A stretch of DNA of 64,000 bases from Zootoca vivipara (Eukaryota): assembly GCF_963506605.1 (NCBI RefSeq), contig NC_083286.1:44020001-44084000 (forward strand), in the 5' to 3' direction. The stretch's first letter is position 1, and every line of letters starts with the position of its first letter. The position numbers were made by a program, and so were the translations under genes. The notes under the pieces are model-generated. The model did no database searches. It was not told where the DNA came from and worked only from the letters and a program-made list of their open reading frames with translations. This document shows positions 13,622 through 26,572 of the stretch, one piece after another.

Positions 13622-14156
13622 TTGTTGTTGTTGTTTAGTCGTTTAGTCGTGTCTGACTCTTCGTGACCCCATGGACCAGAGCACGCCAGGCACTCCTGTC
13701 TTCCACTGCCTCCCGCAGTTTGGTCAGACTCATGTTGGTAGCTTCGAGAACACTGTCCAACCATCTCGTCCTCTGTCGTCCCCTTCTCCTTGTGCCCTCC
13801 ATCTTTCCCAACATCAGGGTCTTTTCCAAGGATTCTTCTCTTCTCATGAGGTGGCCAAAGTATTGGAGCCTCAGCTTCACGATCTGTCCTTCCAGTGAGC
13901 ACTCAGGGCTGATTTCCTTCAGAATGGATAGGTTTGATCTTCTTGCAGTCCATGGGACTCTCAAGAGTCTCCTCCAGCACCATAATTCAAAAGCATCAAT
14001 TCTTCAGCGATCAGCCTTCTTTATGGTCCAGCTCTCACTTCCATACATCACTACTTTTCTTCCAAGAAGCAGGCATCTTTTAATTTCGTGACTGCTGTCA
14101 CCATCTGCAGTGATCAAGGAGCCCAGGAAAGTAAAATCTCTCACTGCCTCCATTTC
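13622..14156 (-). mobile_element. RTE-BovB 3' end with an internal deletion
   Basis: LRVPWTARRSNLSILKEISPECSLEGQIVKLRLQYFGHLMRREESLEKTLMLGK...; (CAA)n tail; lacks a segment present in the 60.2-kb copy after catcactact. Confidence 0.95.
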
Positions 14157-14972
14157 ACATCTGAATTTTTTTCCTTATGTACTTCTGACACTTTGACATT
14201 TCTGAGAGATGACACCAAATAATGAAAGGCATGCATGTAGGGGGAAGATCCTTGAAGAATTCTAAGACTGGCTGTTCTCCAAGTAGAATGTCTAATAATC
14301 AGTTATGCTTATGTGCCCAGATTAAATGTGGAGTGATTCATGTTTTGGCACAATGAGCCCTATTTTAAAAATGGGTTAAAAGAAAGTTCAGCATTTTCTA
14401 ATAAGAAGTAATCTGGAAATGTTGTTTTCCATGGGTAGAGCAATGAACTCCTTGAACCTGTTATCTTCTGTCTGTAAGTGATGATCAGTGATGGATGATC
14501 AGTTCAGGAAAAGTGAAATTTCCATAACTCACCTGCCTCTGCAGTATGCTGCCAATGGATAACATGCCTTCTTAGCCTAGCATATGTGCTATGAACCATC
14601 AACATTTACGACCCTATCAGTTGCATTTGATTATGTTACTGTTCATGCCCTTCTTACACAAAGTAATTATTATTTTATACTTCTGCAAAAATAAAAATCA
14701 TTTGCTTCCAAAATGTGCTAAATTGTTAATTTCTCTTTCATTGGGGCATTCCCCACAATTATTATTTTTTGGACAACTGAAGATAATGTGAATGATCATC
14801 CTGATTCTGCCAATTGGTGCTTGTATTGCTATGAAAGTCTTGCATAGGAGAATGGGAGGCACATCTTGAGGTTTATTTTCAAGTAGATGAAAGAGAGTTG
14901 GGCAGAGGACCTATAAGCTTGCCGGGGGGGGGGATTCTGTACTTGTTTCTTTGTAATGGTGTGAGAAAAGAA

Positions 14973-15329
14973 GGGACGCGGGTGGCGCTGTGGGTTAAAC
15001 CACTGAGCCTAGGGCTTGCTGATCAGAAGGTCGGCAGTTTGAATCCCTGTGACGGGGTGAGCTCCCGTTGCTCGGTCCCTGCTCCTACCAACCTAGCAGT
15101 TCGAAAGCACGAAGTGCAAGTAGGTACCCCTCCGGCAGGAAGGTAAACAGTGTTTCCGTGTGCTACTCTGCTTCGCCAGAAGCGGCTTTGTCATGCTGGC
15201 CACATGACCTGGAAGCTGTATGCCCGCCGGCTCCCTTGGCCAATAACACGAGATGAGCGCCGCAACTCCAGAGTCAACCGTGACTGGACCTAATGGTCAG
15301 GGGTCCCTTTACCTTTACCTTTACCTTTA
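14973..15329 (+). mobile_element. Full-length Sauria SINE
   Basis: gggacgcgggtggcgctgtgggttaaacc head, (ACCTTT)n tail, TSD agaaaagaa. Confidence 0.92.
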
Positions 15330-15412
15330 AGAAAAGAAGAAGAAAACAGTGGGATCGATTGTGAGACCAGATGCTTCTTTGCTCCCTGCCCCACTGCTGC
15401 TGCTGCTGCTGC

Positions 15413-15825
15413 TAGAATCATAGAATTGTAGAGTTGGAAGGGACCCCAAGGGTCATCTAGTCCAACCCCTGCAATGCAGGAATCTCAGCTAAAGCGTCCA
15501 TGACAGATGGCCATTCAACCTCTGCTTAAAAACCTCCAAGGAAGGAGAGTCCACAACTTCATGAAGGAGACCGTTCCACTGTCCCAACCATAGCTGCCAA
15601 GTTCTCCCTTTTTTCAAAGGGAAATTCCCTTATGCTGAATAGGCTTCCTCGTGAGAAAAGGGAAAACTTGGCAGCTATGGTCCCAACAGCTCTCTCTTTC
15701 AGAAAGGTTTTTCTTGATGTTTAGTCAGAATCTCCTTTCTTGTAACTTGAAGCCATCGGTTCAGGTCCTACCCCCCAGAGCAGGGGAAAACAAGCTTGGT
15801 CCCTCTTCCATGTGACAGCCCTTGT
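15413..15825 (-). mobile_element. CR1 LINE 3' end
   Basis: tagaatcatagaat octamer tail, gagttggaagggacc...catctagtccaaccc, ccgttccactg motifs. Confidence 0.88.
15589..15679. mobile_element. 90-bp hAT MITE nested in CR1
   Basis: Same TIRs as the 6027 copy; perfect TSD gtcccaac. Confidence 0.93.
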
Positions 15826-16289
15826 GATTAGCCCATTTTATTTTAAGAATTTCCTTCCATGTGAGTCTTAAGGTGATGTACATAAAAACAGACAAAAATA
15901 GCTTTTAAGATAGTACAGAAAATGACAGCTAAGTCTCAAAACAATACAGAGTAAACACCTAAGGCAGAAACCATTGCAGCATGGTTTTTTGTATTTGTTT
16001 TTTAAAAATTTATGACTCTCCTTCCACATGAGTATTAAGGTGTTTTACATAAAAACAAGTAAAAACTGCTTTATAAGCAAGCAACACAAAAATGACAACT
16101 GAAGAGAAGTGTTTATGCTATATTGTTTTTAAACGTAACAGACTCCCCGCCCCCATCTAGAAAAGCTTTTGGAAACAAAAAGGCGTTCAATTGTTTCCAG
16201 AAACCACAAACAGTGGGTCCTTATAGTATCTCAACAGAGATGCTGTTCCACAGAACAGAGGCAGTTCCCACACTGGAAGTCCTGCTGTG

Positions 16290-16620
16290 AGCTACTGAGG
16301 AGTGGGCTTCTGACATAGAACGGCTTCGACCCAGTATGCCTGAAGGTCTCCACCCCCATCGCTGAGCCCAGACACTAAGGTCCTCCTCCTCCTCCTTCTA
16401 GTGGTTCCCTCACCGTGAGAAGTAAAGTTACATGGAACCAGGCAGAAGGCCTTCTCGGTAGTGGCACCCACCCTGTGGAACGTCCTCCCTTCAGATGTCA
16501 AGGAGATAAAGAACTACACAACTTTTAGAAGACATCTGAATATGTATGTTGTACGTTGCCCAGAGTGGCTGGGGAAACCCAGCCAGGTGAACGGGGTATA
16601 AATAATAAAAATTAATTAAT
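16290..16620 (+). mobile_element. L2-like LINE 3' end, apparently within an older minus-strand L2 remnant (~15836-16900)
   Basis: gccttctcggtagtggcacccaccctgtggaac and cccagagtggctggggaaacccagcc...ggggtataaataataaa. Confidence 0.7.
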
Positions 16621-17676
16621 TAAAAGACTTTAAGAAGCAAATATCCTGTAGAACACAGTGGCCAACCAGTCATGTAAAGAGTAAGGTAGTCTCTCAAGTA
16701 ACTTGATCCCAAGCTTGGATATTAGTACCAAAACCTTGAACTTGGCCCAGTAGCAGATCGGCAGGTACCACTGACAAGATGTTACATGCTGGCTGAGTTG
16801 CCACTTTTGACGCTAGCTACATCCTCCAGACCAACCTTACTGATAACCCCACATAGCATGTGTTGCAGTAATACAGCCTTGAGGTTACCAAGGGGCATGC
16901 ACACTTGTTGATCAGTTCCGTTGGTACATTGTGACGTTTAAAAACAGAGCTGCGCAAAATGTCTGCTTGAAATTTTTTATCCTATTTGTGGGGAAAGTGA
17001 CAGGCCCATTTTACCTTATTTGTCAGGGAGGAGAGGAGAGGAGATTATCTGAAAGTTTCTGGTTAGGAGTGGTAGTAACGTAGTTAGGAGTTAGGAGTAA
17101 CAAAGTCAGGAGTGGTAGTAACGTAGCCTCTTTATTCGTTTCAAAGTTGTAAGTACATGTGGCAGCCTAACCACCATTTTGTGTCCTCCACAATGCCTAG
17201 GACCAGCAGAATTGTTGTTTCCATGCACAAAAATGATGGGGAATATGTGGATAAAATTCTGTAAAGGGAGCTACTTTTTGTGGGGGGGGGGGAGTTGATT
17301 TTTTTATATATATATTAAAAAAACACCCTCGGGTGTTTTCTCTGGGGAAATGTCTCATGAGACTTTTCCCCCTTCACATTACATTTCCAACAGACTCTAG
17401 AGATGAGCCCAACTAAATTATAGATTGGATATTTAATTGCATAATCAGCCCTCCTGATGATGGTGATCATTATAGCAACAACTACTGCAACAACATATAA
17501 GGCACCTTTGTTCACAGACCTTTGTGAGTGGAATACATTACATTGTTAAATTGTATTGACCTGCATGTAACCCTCAGGGTGAAGGGCAGGCCATAAATGT
17601 CTATAAATCAATAACAGCTAAAAACTAGTTATATTATTAGTTTACCCAAATTGCCCCAAGCCAACTCTTCTCATCC

Positions 17677-17678
<2 letters not shown>

Positions 17679-17719
<41 letters not shown>
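17679..17719. repeat. (CA)n microsatellite
   Basis: Direct reading. Confidence 0.95.
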
Positions 17720-17723
<4 letters not shown>

Positions 17724-19746
17724 ATTTAAAAAGAAGTGTTATATGTAAAAATAGATTTCTGCACCTGCATGTTTTCATCTGCTAGTTGTTGTTTTCTCTC
17801 TCTCTCTCTCTTGGAATATTGTTCCTGATGTCTCACTGTGACAATGCCAGTCTCACACAGCCAAGTGACTGTAGACATCCAGAAACATCTTTAATGATAA
17901 ATGGCATGTTTGCTGACGCTTCACAAGTGCAGCTTTCCTGACAAAATAGTGACATATCTTCAAAAATGTAATTACTCTAATAAAAAGTAGGTCACCGAGT
18001 TGCTGACTGGCACGTCTTGGCAATCTTTGTGCAGCTGCTTTTGTGGCTTCCGCTCCACATAGATTGGAAACTAAAAAGTGCATATTTCCTGCTGAACTGC
18101 TGAAGAAACCAAGTGCCTGAACCAAAGGAACAAAAGCACTGCCAAACCAGCTAGTCTGAATGAAAGGAGCAGATTTTGTATTGTGCTCAATAAAGAGCCA
18201 CAGAAAAGACAGCAGAAGTAGGCACAGCTCAGCTACCTTTGAAACTGCGTGAGAACTAGGAGTCTAACCTTCAGTTTGCAACTCCAGGCAGACTTGTGTG
18301 GAAGGCCAAGGAAACAACTGGGACTTATTTCCATTGAATGGCCCTGTTTGCATGTAATGCTAAGTTAAACCATGGACTAGCACAAGTGAGAAAGCATGTG
18401 GACTCCTGGAAGGGAGAGTGCTGCTACTTTTCTCCTCCTCCAATCACTCTGGTGATGTGTTACACTTAGCTAAACCATGGTTTGGCTTAGTATGTCATCT
18501 GAACTCAGGCTTGTGATTTAGCTTGCCCCAGATAAACTAGGAGCTGCAACCATGGTTTGACTTCGTCAATGAGGACAATGTCCACAAGACAGAAAAATCT
18601 CCAGCATTCAAGCAAATATCTGCACTTGTGTGGCAAACCCAGCATGCCCAGTGCTCTTTGAGGCATTTGTTTCATTTCAGAAACAAAACCAGCTAATGTG
18701 GATCTCCAAAATGCAGGTGGAGATTTGAAGCAGGAGAATTTTAGAAGCAGCCCTATTTATCTTGCACATTTTAGGAGTTTGTGTTAAAGAAATATTTAAT
18801 CTGTAACCTGGTTACAGATCATGTACATGTGATTCTGGAGGTCAACTATGACTTTGAAATGTATGTAATGGCAATAGCACCAATCAGTTCAGAGGACAAG
18901 GCTTCCATCAGCAGAACCTTTTATGTATATGGAAGTACTGTACCGTAGGTGGTTTTGGAGACGATGCTTATCCCAATGATTCTTGCACCGGAGTTAGGGT
19001 TAGCAAGATTGTTTTGCTTTGTGAAATAGAGTTGTGTGCAAATGGCCTCTCAAAATTTCCCTTTGTGTTCTAGGGGCATAGAAACTGGGACAACTTTGCT
19101 GAAATTCCCCAGAGGGAGCAGATATTTTCCAACAGTTTCTTAGGGTTGGGGCACTCGCTTGCAGTAGCTTAGCTTCACCACAGACAATCTCTTTTTTCTG
19201 TTGCTATTGGCAGCCTGGCCCCACAAACATAAGGCCCATTGAATTTAATGGGCTTACTCCCAGGTAATGGCTATAGCACTGCACTCAATGAGAGGAAGTC
19301 AAGTCCCTCGAATGCATTTTTCTCTTTCTCTGGGTAAAAGAGGCAGAATGATGGCTATAAAGAGAATAAACTGGCATTTTATGTACCTTCTTAGTTTCCA
19401 TATATGCTCTGTTTTTCTTCTTTCTTTAGTGATGGCTAAATAGCTCCCGGTGGAGAAATGCACCAACATATGTATCTCAGAATCCTACTTTTGCAACAAC
19501 TGTGGCTAGTTATCTGATGCATGGGACTGGGGTGTCAGAATTCATTTTGCAAAACTCTATTCCTGTGCAAGTCTCCTTGAAATGAAGGAACAGAAACAAC
19601 ATCATGATGAATTGTTCCTTAGATTGTAGGCCCGGGAGTTGTAGGTAGAATGCAGGTTTAGCAATTCCCCCAAGGCCTTGCAACAGCAGAATGCCATTTT
19701 AAATACAAAGAACACACAGTTCCTGAAATCGAAGAAAGCAACTTAC

Positions 19747-20160
19747 TGGTCTTGTTTGCGCGTAGCACTAAGCCAAATACAGTGGCTTAGCAAGAGCAAG
19801 CACATGTTTAGGTACTCAAAAAGAAATTTACAGCTGCTTTACTCCTCCTCCAGTCTTCCTGTTGCCACTATCTGGAGCTAAACCATGGTTTGGCTTAGTA
19901 TTCCATGCAAACCTGGGCTTGTGGTTTGTTTTCCCCAGACAAACCATGAGCAGTAAACCTGGCTTGTTGGGAGTGATACAAACCATGAGTCCAGGTTCAC
20001 GCATAACACTAAGCCAAACCATGGCTTAGTTTTTGGTAGAGCGATGACAGCAATACTGGAGGAGGAGGAAAATGAGTTGTGATTTTCCTTGTCTGTATCC
20101 ACATGCTTGCTTAATCTTACTAAACCATAGTTTGGCTTAGGGTAGCATGTGAACCAGGCC
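19747..20160. mobile_element. Palindromic MITE with repeated AAACCATGGTTT motifs (probably PIF/Harbinger-type)
   Basis: Ends resemble ggcctggttcac; many ctaagccaaaccatgg units. Relatives at ~18339-18560, ~27249-27600, ~35912-36092, ~36225-36335, ~44081-44500. Confidence 0.7.
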
Positions 20161-20233
20161 ACTAACTGCAACTGAAATGACACATGAACACAGAAGCATA
20201 GGTACACCGGGTGCTTGCTTTAGGAATGAGATT

Positions 20234-20384
20234 GAATCATAGAATTGTAGAGTTGGAAGGCACCCTGAGGATAATCTAGTCCAGCCCCCTGCAATGCAGG
20301 AATAAGCAGCTGTCCATTATTGGGAACGAACCTGCAACCTTGGTGTTATCAGCCCCATTCTCTAACCAGCTGAGCTATCCAGGC
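20234..20384 (-). mobile_element. tRNA-Ile-headed SINE with CR1 tail
   Basis: Reverse complement ggatagctcagctggttagag...ctGATaacaccaaggttgcaggttcg followed by ttcctgcattgcagggggctggactaga...ttctatgattc. Confidence 0.85.
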
Positions 20385-21707
20385 TATGTGAATTTTTCCT
20401 GGATATTTTCCAATCTATGATAGGGCATTCTATTTGTAGTCCCTAGAGATCTTTGCCTGGAATCCATTTTATTGTCCTTTTTTATTTTCCTGAGATTTTG
20501 AGGGGCAATTTTATTCATGCGGATTTTTATTTATTTATTTATCACTGCCTGTATAGTTTTTGTGGCTTTTACCTTTTTTTTACTTATTTATTTACATACT
20601 ATCTGTTTTATTCTATTTTTTTTATTTAAAAAAAACTGCCATAGGAATATGCTTGAAGAGCGGTATCAAATACTTAGAATAAACATTCCCTACCTTGTTT
20701 TCTTGCCCCCCAATTTTTGCTTCCTGTGAAATGGCTGAATTAAGCAACAACATTTACATCTTTACATTTTTAGAACTCCCAATGTAGTTTTCCTTTAAAG
20801 AAGACTAGCAGGTGGATTCTATATTTGCGCTGCAGAGTAATTTTGTAGATCATCCTGTAATCAGAACACCGTGGCTTAGTGCTCAGATGTGCATAGATAT
20901 GCTATGTTTCCATTCAGAAAGGTGTTTGAAATGATTGCTAAGCATCTCTGCACTTTCTAGCGGCATTACCATTATGCTATTTACACTGTGACTGGGGACC
21001 CTTTTTCTACCGGGGGGGGGGGGGCACATTCCTTTCCAGGCAACCTTGTAAGGGCCACATGTTAGTAGTGAGCAGGGCCAGAGTCAAATGTGAGTGGAGC
21101 AACAAATGTAAATTTGCCTGTGTATAGTAGACTAGTTTCTACGCGTCCCTCTCTGTCCTCCAACTGGGCAAGAAAGAGGCATTATCGGAATTCAAGGATG
21201 CAATCCAAGCTGGTGAAAAACATTTAGGGTGTAAAGCAGTGAAGGGTGTAGCCTGGAGAGAGTTTTAAGGGGGGACTAGAGGGCTGCATTTGGCCCCCAG
21301 ACCTGAGATTCCCCAAAGAGCATCTGTGCTATGTGTAATTATTGCAGAATTTCTTAAGGATTTGCTCTGATATATATAAATGATGCAAAGTGGATATTGG
21401 GCCAAGGTATCCTGTAGCCTATAATTTGAAGGGGGGGAGAGACGTGTATGGCACCCAGCTCAGGAGGGGATGGGAAACTACTTGGAAACAGTGGAGCAAT
21501 GGTGTGCATCACCCATGGAAACACCCGCAAAGTCCACCATGCTGTCCACAGGCAGAAGTAACCAGTGAACTCGGGTCAACAAGGAGACAAACAACTGAAT
21601 CAACATACGCACGCAGCACACACAATGATTTCAGAAAATTGCCTTTCCATGAGTCCCAGTAGCACAGGCAGCCATGACCCCACTAATCTCCAGTCATCTC
21701 TGCAGGC

Positions 21708-21895
21708 AAGGGTACAGCAATTGCTCAGTGGTAGAGCACCTGCATTGCATTGCATTTTAATTCCTGGCATCTTGCAAGCACGGCTGGGAATGCCCCCTGC
21801 CTGAAACCCTGGTGAGCCACTGCCAGCCAGAGTAGATAATACTGAACTAGACGGACAAAGAGTCTGACTTGGTGTAAGGCAATTTCCTATGTCCC
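21708..21895 (+). mobile_element. tRNA-derived SINE (Squam2-like), decayed
   Basis: gctcagtggtagagcacctgc head and cctgaaaccctgg...ctgccagccagagtagataatactgaactag body; relatives at ~42600-42760 (+) and ~58770-59250 (-). Confidence 0.65.
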
Positions 21896-22069
21896 AAAGG
21901 TCCACCTCCACTTAGTTGCTCATAACTAGAGTAAAACACGCCAAGGAAAGGGAGTACCCCCTGCACAGCACCCATGCAGGACCAGATAGAGGACAGGTAC
22001 ACAGCCCTCCCTGAGAAAGTAGTTCAGGACCCACAGTCAGGACTTACAACAGTCAGGACTTAAAACAAG

Positions 22070-22535
22070 GTGAATGGCTACATTTAAACTGGAAAGAGAA
22101 GTTGCTGGAAAGAGAAGTTGCTGAATTGCAACTCATTACCAAGCTTAAAACCATGGAGAGACCTGGTCTGAATAAGGACACTGGATTCTTATCTCATTAT
22201 GCATGATCAAGCTTTCTTTAGCACATCAGCCCTTGCTTTTTCCTGCAAGACCAATTGCAGTCGTTAACAGTCGTTAACAGTCATCAACAGGTTTACTACT
22301 CCTATCAGCCAATCAATCACGCATTCCCACCACCCTTCTGAGTAATACCCCTCCCCACCCTCTGACTATACATAGGGTCTGGTGGCTTCTGTTTCAGTGT
22401 ATCTGAAGAAGTGTGCATGCACACGGAAGCTCATACCTATGACAAACTTGGTTGGTCTCTAAGGTGCTACTGGAAGGGGTTTTTTTTTGTTTGTTTTTTA
22501 CTGCATCAGAGCAACACGGCTATCTACCTGTAACT
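22070..22535 (+). mobile_element. Penelope-like element 3' end (GIY-YIG C-terminus plus pLTR)
   Basis: Translates to LEREVAELQLITKLKTMERPGLNKDTGFLSHY once a 16-bp tandem duplication is removed; terminal ggtctctaaggtgctactgg motif. Confidence 0.85.
22399..22436 (+). ncRNA. Minimal type-I hammerhead ribozyme motif (PLE-type), variant core
   Basis: gtat-CTGAAGA-a-gtgtgcatgcacac-GGAA-gc-TC-atac: stem I gtat/atac, palindromic stem II, AGCT stem III; GAAA box reads GGAA. Confidence 0.75.
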
Positions 22536-24131
22536 AGTACATTTAAAACGTAAAGCAGATAGGATCACAGCATGCATAAAAATACCAAGGCTTGTGTTTA
22601 ACATGCTTCCATCTTGGCCAATTTCAAAACACACACACACACACACACACAAAACCAATTTGAGAATATAAGATTGCCCCTGTGTTCCTCTGATCCACTG
22701 GCTTGAGCATCGATGTTCACATTCAGCATCTTACTGCTGTGAATTCCTGGGGCATGGAAATGTAAATTTCCATAAAGACTGTTTCTGCACAGGAGGTGCT
22801 TTATACTTGGTGGTTTCCACATTGTACACTGAGTATTTCTGCAAAATGTGTTGTTTGCTGTGGAAAGTATGCATCAGCCGAGAGATGCCCCCCCTCCCCC
22901 CCGCCAACACACAGTTTTCTTGTAAACAGCTTCCATTGCCTTGGAGGTTCCATTTGCACTTCTTGGAGAGAGAACATGCCGTGGAATAGCTAGTCAGGTT
23001 TATATCACTTCACTCCTTCAACTGTCTGTCTCCAAGACTTGTTACTATATAAAACTTAGGAATCATCTGTTTTTATTTTCTTATCAGATCACCACTGTTA
23101 CCAAGTCAAAACTTGGCTTGGCCATAATCTTTCAGCAGTAGTCTGTTGTATAATGTCTCGGTTACTAACGACGTTCTATTTTCAATATTTTAATTAACAA
23201 AAGAGGACAAGGAAAGAGAAGCAAGCTAACTTTCTAACAAGTCACAGAGACATTCCGAGAGAAGGATTTTAATTCCACGAGGGGGAAAAATTCTGCAGAT
23301 TTCAGGGACTTCATTTTCTTAATTTCCTAAAGAGAAGAATTCTAGACTGAGGCCATGCATGTTACCATTTGTGCTAAATCCAGAGCACTCCCACTACTGT
23401 TTCTTTTAAAGCTGTGAACACACGTTAGCCACCATCCATAACTATTCTGTACTTTCTTGAGAAATACTACTGCCGAACCAGCTTCAGTTCAAAGGAAAAC
23501 CCAATATTCCTTAAAATGTTGCTTTGCTAATGAATATTGCAAATCCTTCTGTGAGAAAAGAATGAGGCGGCAGGGTCCAGAGCAAAAAACAAAATTCAAA
23601 GCATTTGTGCTCAAAATATCACTGGAAACAGCCAATAATTTATTTTCCCTTTTGCTGCAAAGCAGAAGCATCTGCTTTGGGGCAATAATTCTGCAAACCC
23701 GCACCACCAGGCTGTGACAGCTGGAACTAGCCTGCCGTAACAAGAGAAGGAAAGCCCCATTTAAGCAATAACCTTCAAGCTTCAAAATTTCTGAATCAAT
23801 TTATATCTGAATGCGGGTGTATGGATGAGTGATGATAAGCCTTGCCTAAGGGAGGAAGCTGCTGTGTGGCAACAGAGCTGATTTGCTTGACGAGAGAATC
23901 TCCCAGGAATAACTTCATCAAAACTTGAAAACACCATTAAACAACAGGTGGTTACCTGGGATGGTGGCTGCCTTGTAGTTTTGAGGGTGGCAAATGCACA
24001 TTTCTACCTGTGATGATGAATCAATCATCCATCCTCAAACTAGAAAGAGTGCATGCCTTGCCATCTGTCCTGGTTAAAAAAAAAGGTATCAGAGGGTGAG
24101 ACTGTGGATTAAAGAGCAATTTAAGAACAGC

Positions 24132-24532
24132 ATCAGAGGTCACCAAACATTTTAGGCCAGTGGACACATTTGGGGTTTTAAGAAGGTGTTGTGGGCACCA
24201 GTCCCAAATGCCTGCCTACCTGCCTCTCTCTCTCTCTCAGAAAATGGTTGCTGTGGGGTGTCACAATGCTTTCCACATGAAATAGGACTTACAAAATGGT
24301 ACAGGAATATCCTATCCACTCCCCGGGCAGCCCATCTGTTCAGAACAGCTGAGTGGCCAGGCTTGGCATCCAATGAAATGGGAGCATGTTTAGGGAATGC
24401 AGGAAGAGCAAGCCATCTCTTCCGTATTGTGGATTTTTGAGGACGGAGCATTTACACAGAGCTTTCACGGGCAGCATATCAGGTAGTGGCGGTCACATGG
24501 GCACCTGCTGGCACCACATTAGTGACCCTTAA
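24132..24532. mobile_element. Decayed hAT-type MITE
   Basis: cagaggtcaccaaac ... ggcaccacattagtgaccctt termini. Confidence 0.55.
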
Positions 24533-24751
24533 TCTATGTGAAAGATGTGCATTGCCTTTGGAGATGAAAGACAGGGCCAAAGAGGTGCTTTTCAGCCATT
24601 CCGGTCCTCCTGCCCTCCACTTCCTCTCCTGTCTCCCCTGTTTAACCATGTCCCTTTGCATGGTGGGATGGGAAAGGGCACTTACTTTAGTCCATTGCAC
24701 AAGGTGCCATACATATCATGCACCAATGTTTATGCTGAATACTGAAGGGGG

Positions 24752-24752
<1 letters not shown>

Positions 24753-24798
<46 letters not shown>
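24753..24798. repeat. (AAT)n microsatellite
   Basis: Direct reading. Confidence 0.95.
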
Positions 24799-24800
<2 letters not shown>

Positions 24801-25724
24801 TGATGTCCTGAGCTGCCTTGTTTCCTTGCAAGGAGGGTTGGAGGAAGCCCACTTCCCTGAACTTAGAAACCTAGCATGCCAGGAAGAATCGTTCTGTTTA
24901 TTCTTCTCAGTGACATACCCAGTGACTTTTTTTCAAACAGGACAATTTTGTTCCAGGAAAAGCATTCACACATGCCTGCCTGCAGCCTTGAAGTGGCACA
25001 GTATAAGAAAATGATGGTGTCGCTTTAGTTGATTGTACACTGCTTATTGGAAAAAGAATGTACTGTACATGTATTTTCAATAGAACAAGTCAGTTACAAC
25101 TGAATCGTACTGCTTGCTCTGCTAGTCGTTGAAATCTTCTGCATGCCTTTTCAGAAGTAAGCTCCATTGAGTTAGTGGATATTGGATTGCAGCTTAGCTT
25201 CATCCTGGTCATCTTTTGCTGTGTGGGACCTCTGTGTGGGAGGGAGTATTCCTTGACTAAGCAGCATAGAAAAGACCCTTAAACACAGGAGATGCACTGT
25301 ATTTAAACACTGATTACTAAGGAAGACCTATAAATTAAGGCTTAGAGTTGGTAGACTAATTGCAAATAATCAGCGACTGGTGCTTTTTACAAACGTGAAG
25401 ATTTCCTGACATCCTCAAGCTTTATTACATAATCAATCCTTGGATAAACAGCTTTCGTATTTGCCACAATTACTGTCTTTAATAGTTTATTTCCCCCCTC
25501 AAATTAATGTTATTCTATTTATATCAGTTAAAATGGATTACTACTAAGCTGAAGCCAGTGATAAACTCGATGTCAAATGAGAAATTAAATGCCCCCTTTC
25601 CAAGGTAGATGGCATGCTTCCTCCAGCATAGCCCTGTTTTAAAAGTCGACGTGGAAATAAAAGATTTACAGTTTGAATTACGTGTTTCTAAAAACCATCT
25701 GGTTTGGACCAAAGTGTACAGGGG

Positions 25725-25725
<1 letters not shown>

Positions 25726-25769
<44 letters not shown>
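25726..25769. repeat. (TG)n microsatellite
   Basis: Direct reading. Confidence 0.95.
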
Positions 25770-25771
<2 letters not shown>

Positions 25772-26237
25772 CACCTGAATCATAGAAAACCCACACTTAC
25801 CTAAACCTCAGTCCATACATCCTTTGCACACCATGGTGGAAATCCATGCATGATCTCTGACTGAGTAAATAACAAGAAGGTCAGATCCTATCCTGTGCTT
25901 CAGCAGTCGGAGGCATGGGGGGCTCTGGGTTACTGCGTTTAGACTCTACACACAGCGTTTAGACTCTGCGTTTAGACTCTTTTGCAGCCAATTCCCTGTT
26001 TAGAGGAGGAAGATGGAAGGGCTGGGGAGTCAGTTCACCCCTCCCTCTTTAGCCATGTAATCAGCACTGTCAGAGGTTTGCAATTACTTATTGCCAGCCT
26101 TCCCCATCCTGGTGCCCTCCAGATGTTTTTGAGTGCAGCTTCCATCATCCCCAGCCGGCATGGGAAATGGTGAGGGAGGATGGAAATTGTAGTTGTCAAC
26201 ATCCAAAGAGCATCAGGTTTGGGGAGGCTGGCTAATG

Positions 26238-26368
26238 TGGAGCTCAGTTGGTAGAGCTCCGCATTGGGGTTCAAGCCCCAGGTTGGGCAAAAGATTCCTG
26301 CATTGCAGGGGGTTGGACTAAATGACTCTTGTGGTCCCTTCCAGCTCTACAGTCCTATCATTCTATGA
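26238..26368 (+). mobile_element. tRNA-Lys-headed CR1-tail SINE with the anticodon arm deleted
   Basis: agctcagttggtagagc...ggttcaagccccaggttgggc followed by ttcctgcattgcagggggttggacta...ttctatga. Confidence 0.8.
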
Positions 26369-26400
26369 AGGGTAAAGCTATATTTCTAGTTTTCAAAATA

Positions 26401-26572
26401 CAGTCATACCTCGGTTTAAGTATGCTTTGGTTTGAGTACTTTCAGTTTAAGTACTCCATGGACCCGTCTAGAACGGATTAATCCACTTTCCATTACTTTC
26501 AATGGGAAAGTTCGCTTCAGGTTAAGTCCAGACTTCCAGAACCAATTGTGTACTTAAACTGAGGTACCACTG
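26401..26572. mobile_element. Tc1/mariner (Tigger-like) MITE
   Basis: TIRs cagtcatacctcggtttaagta / tacttaaactgaggtaccactg flanked by TA TSD. Confidence 0.85.

Noticed and set aside
13450-14091. Overlapping 100-150 aa ORFs on both strands (also 60139-60743)
   Set aside because: Alternative and antisense frames of BovB 3' fragments, not host genes.
18799-18819. Palindrome atctgtaacc-t-ggttacagat as an RFX X-box
   Set aside because: No canonical RGYAAC half-site; a 10-bp arm alone is weak evidence.
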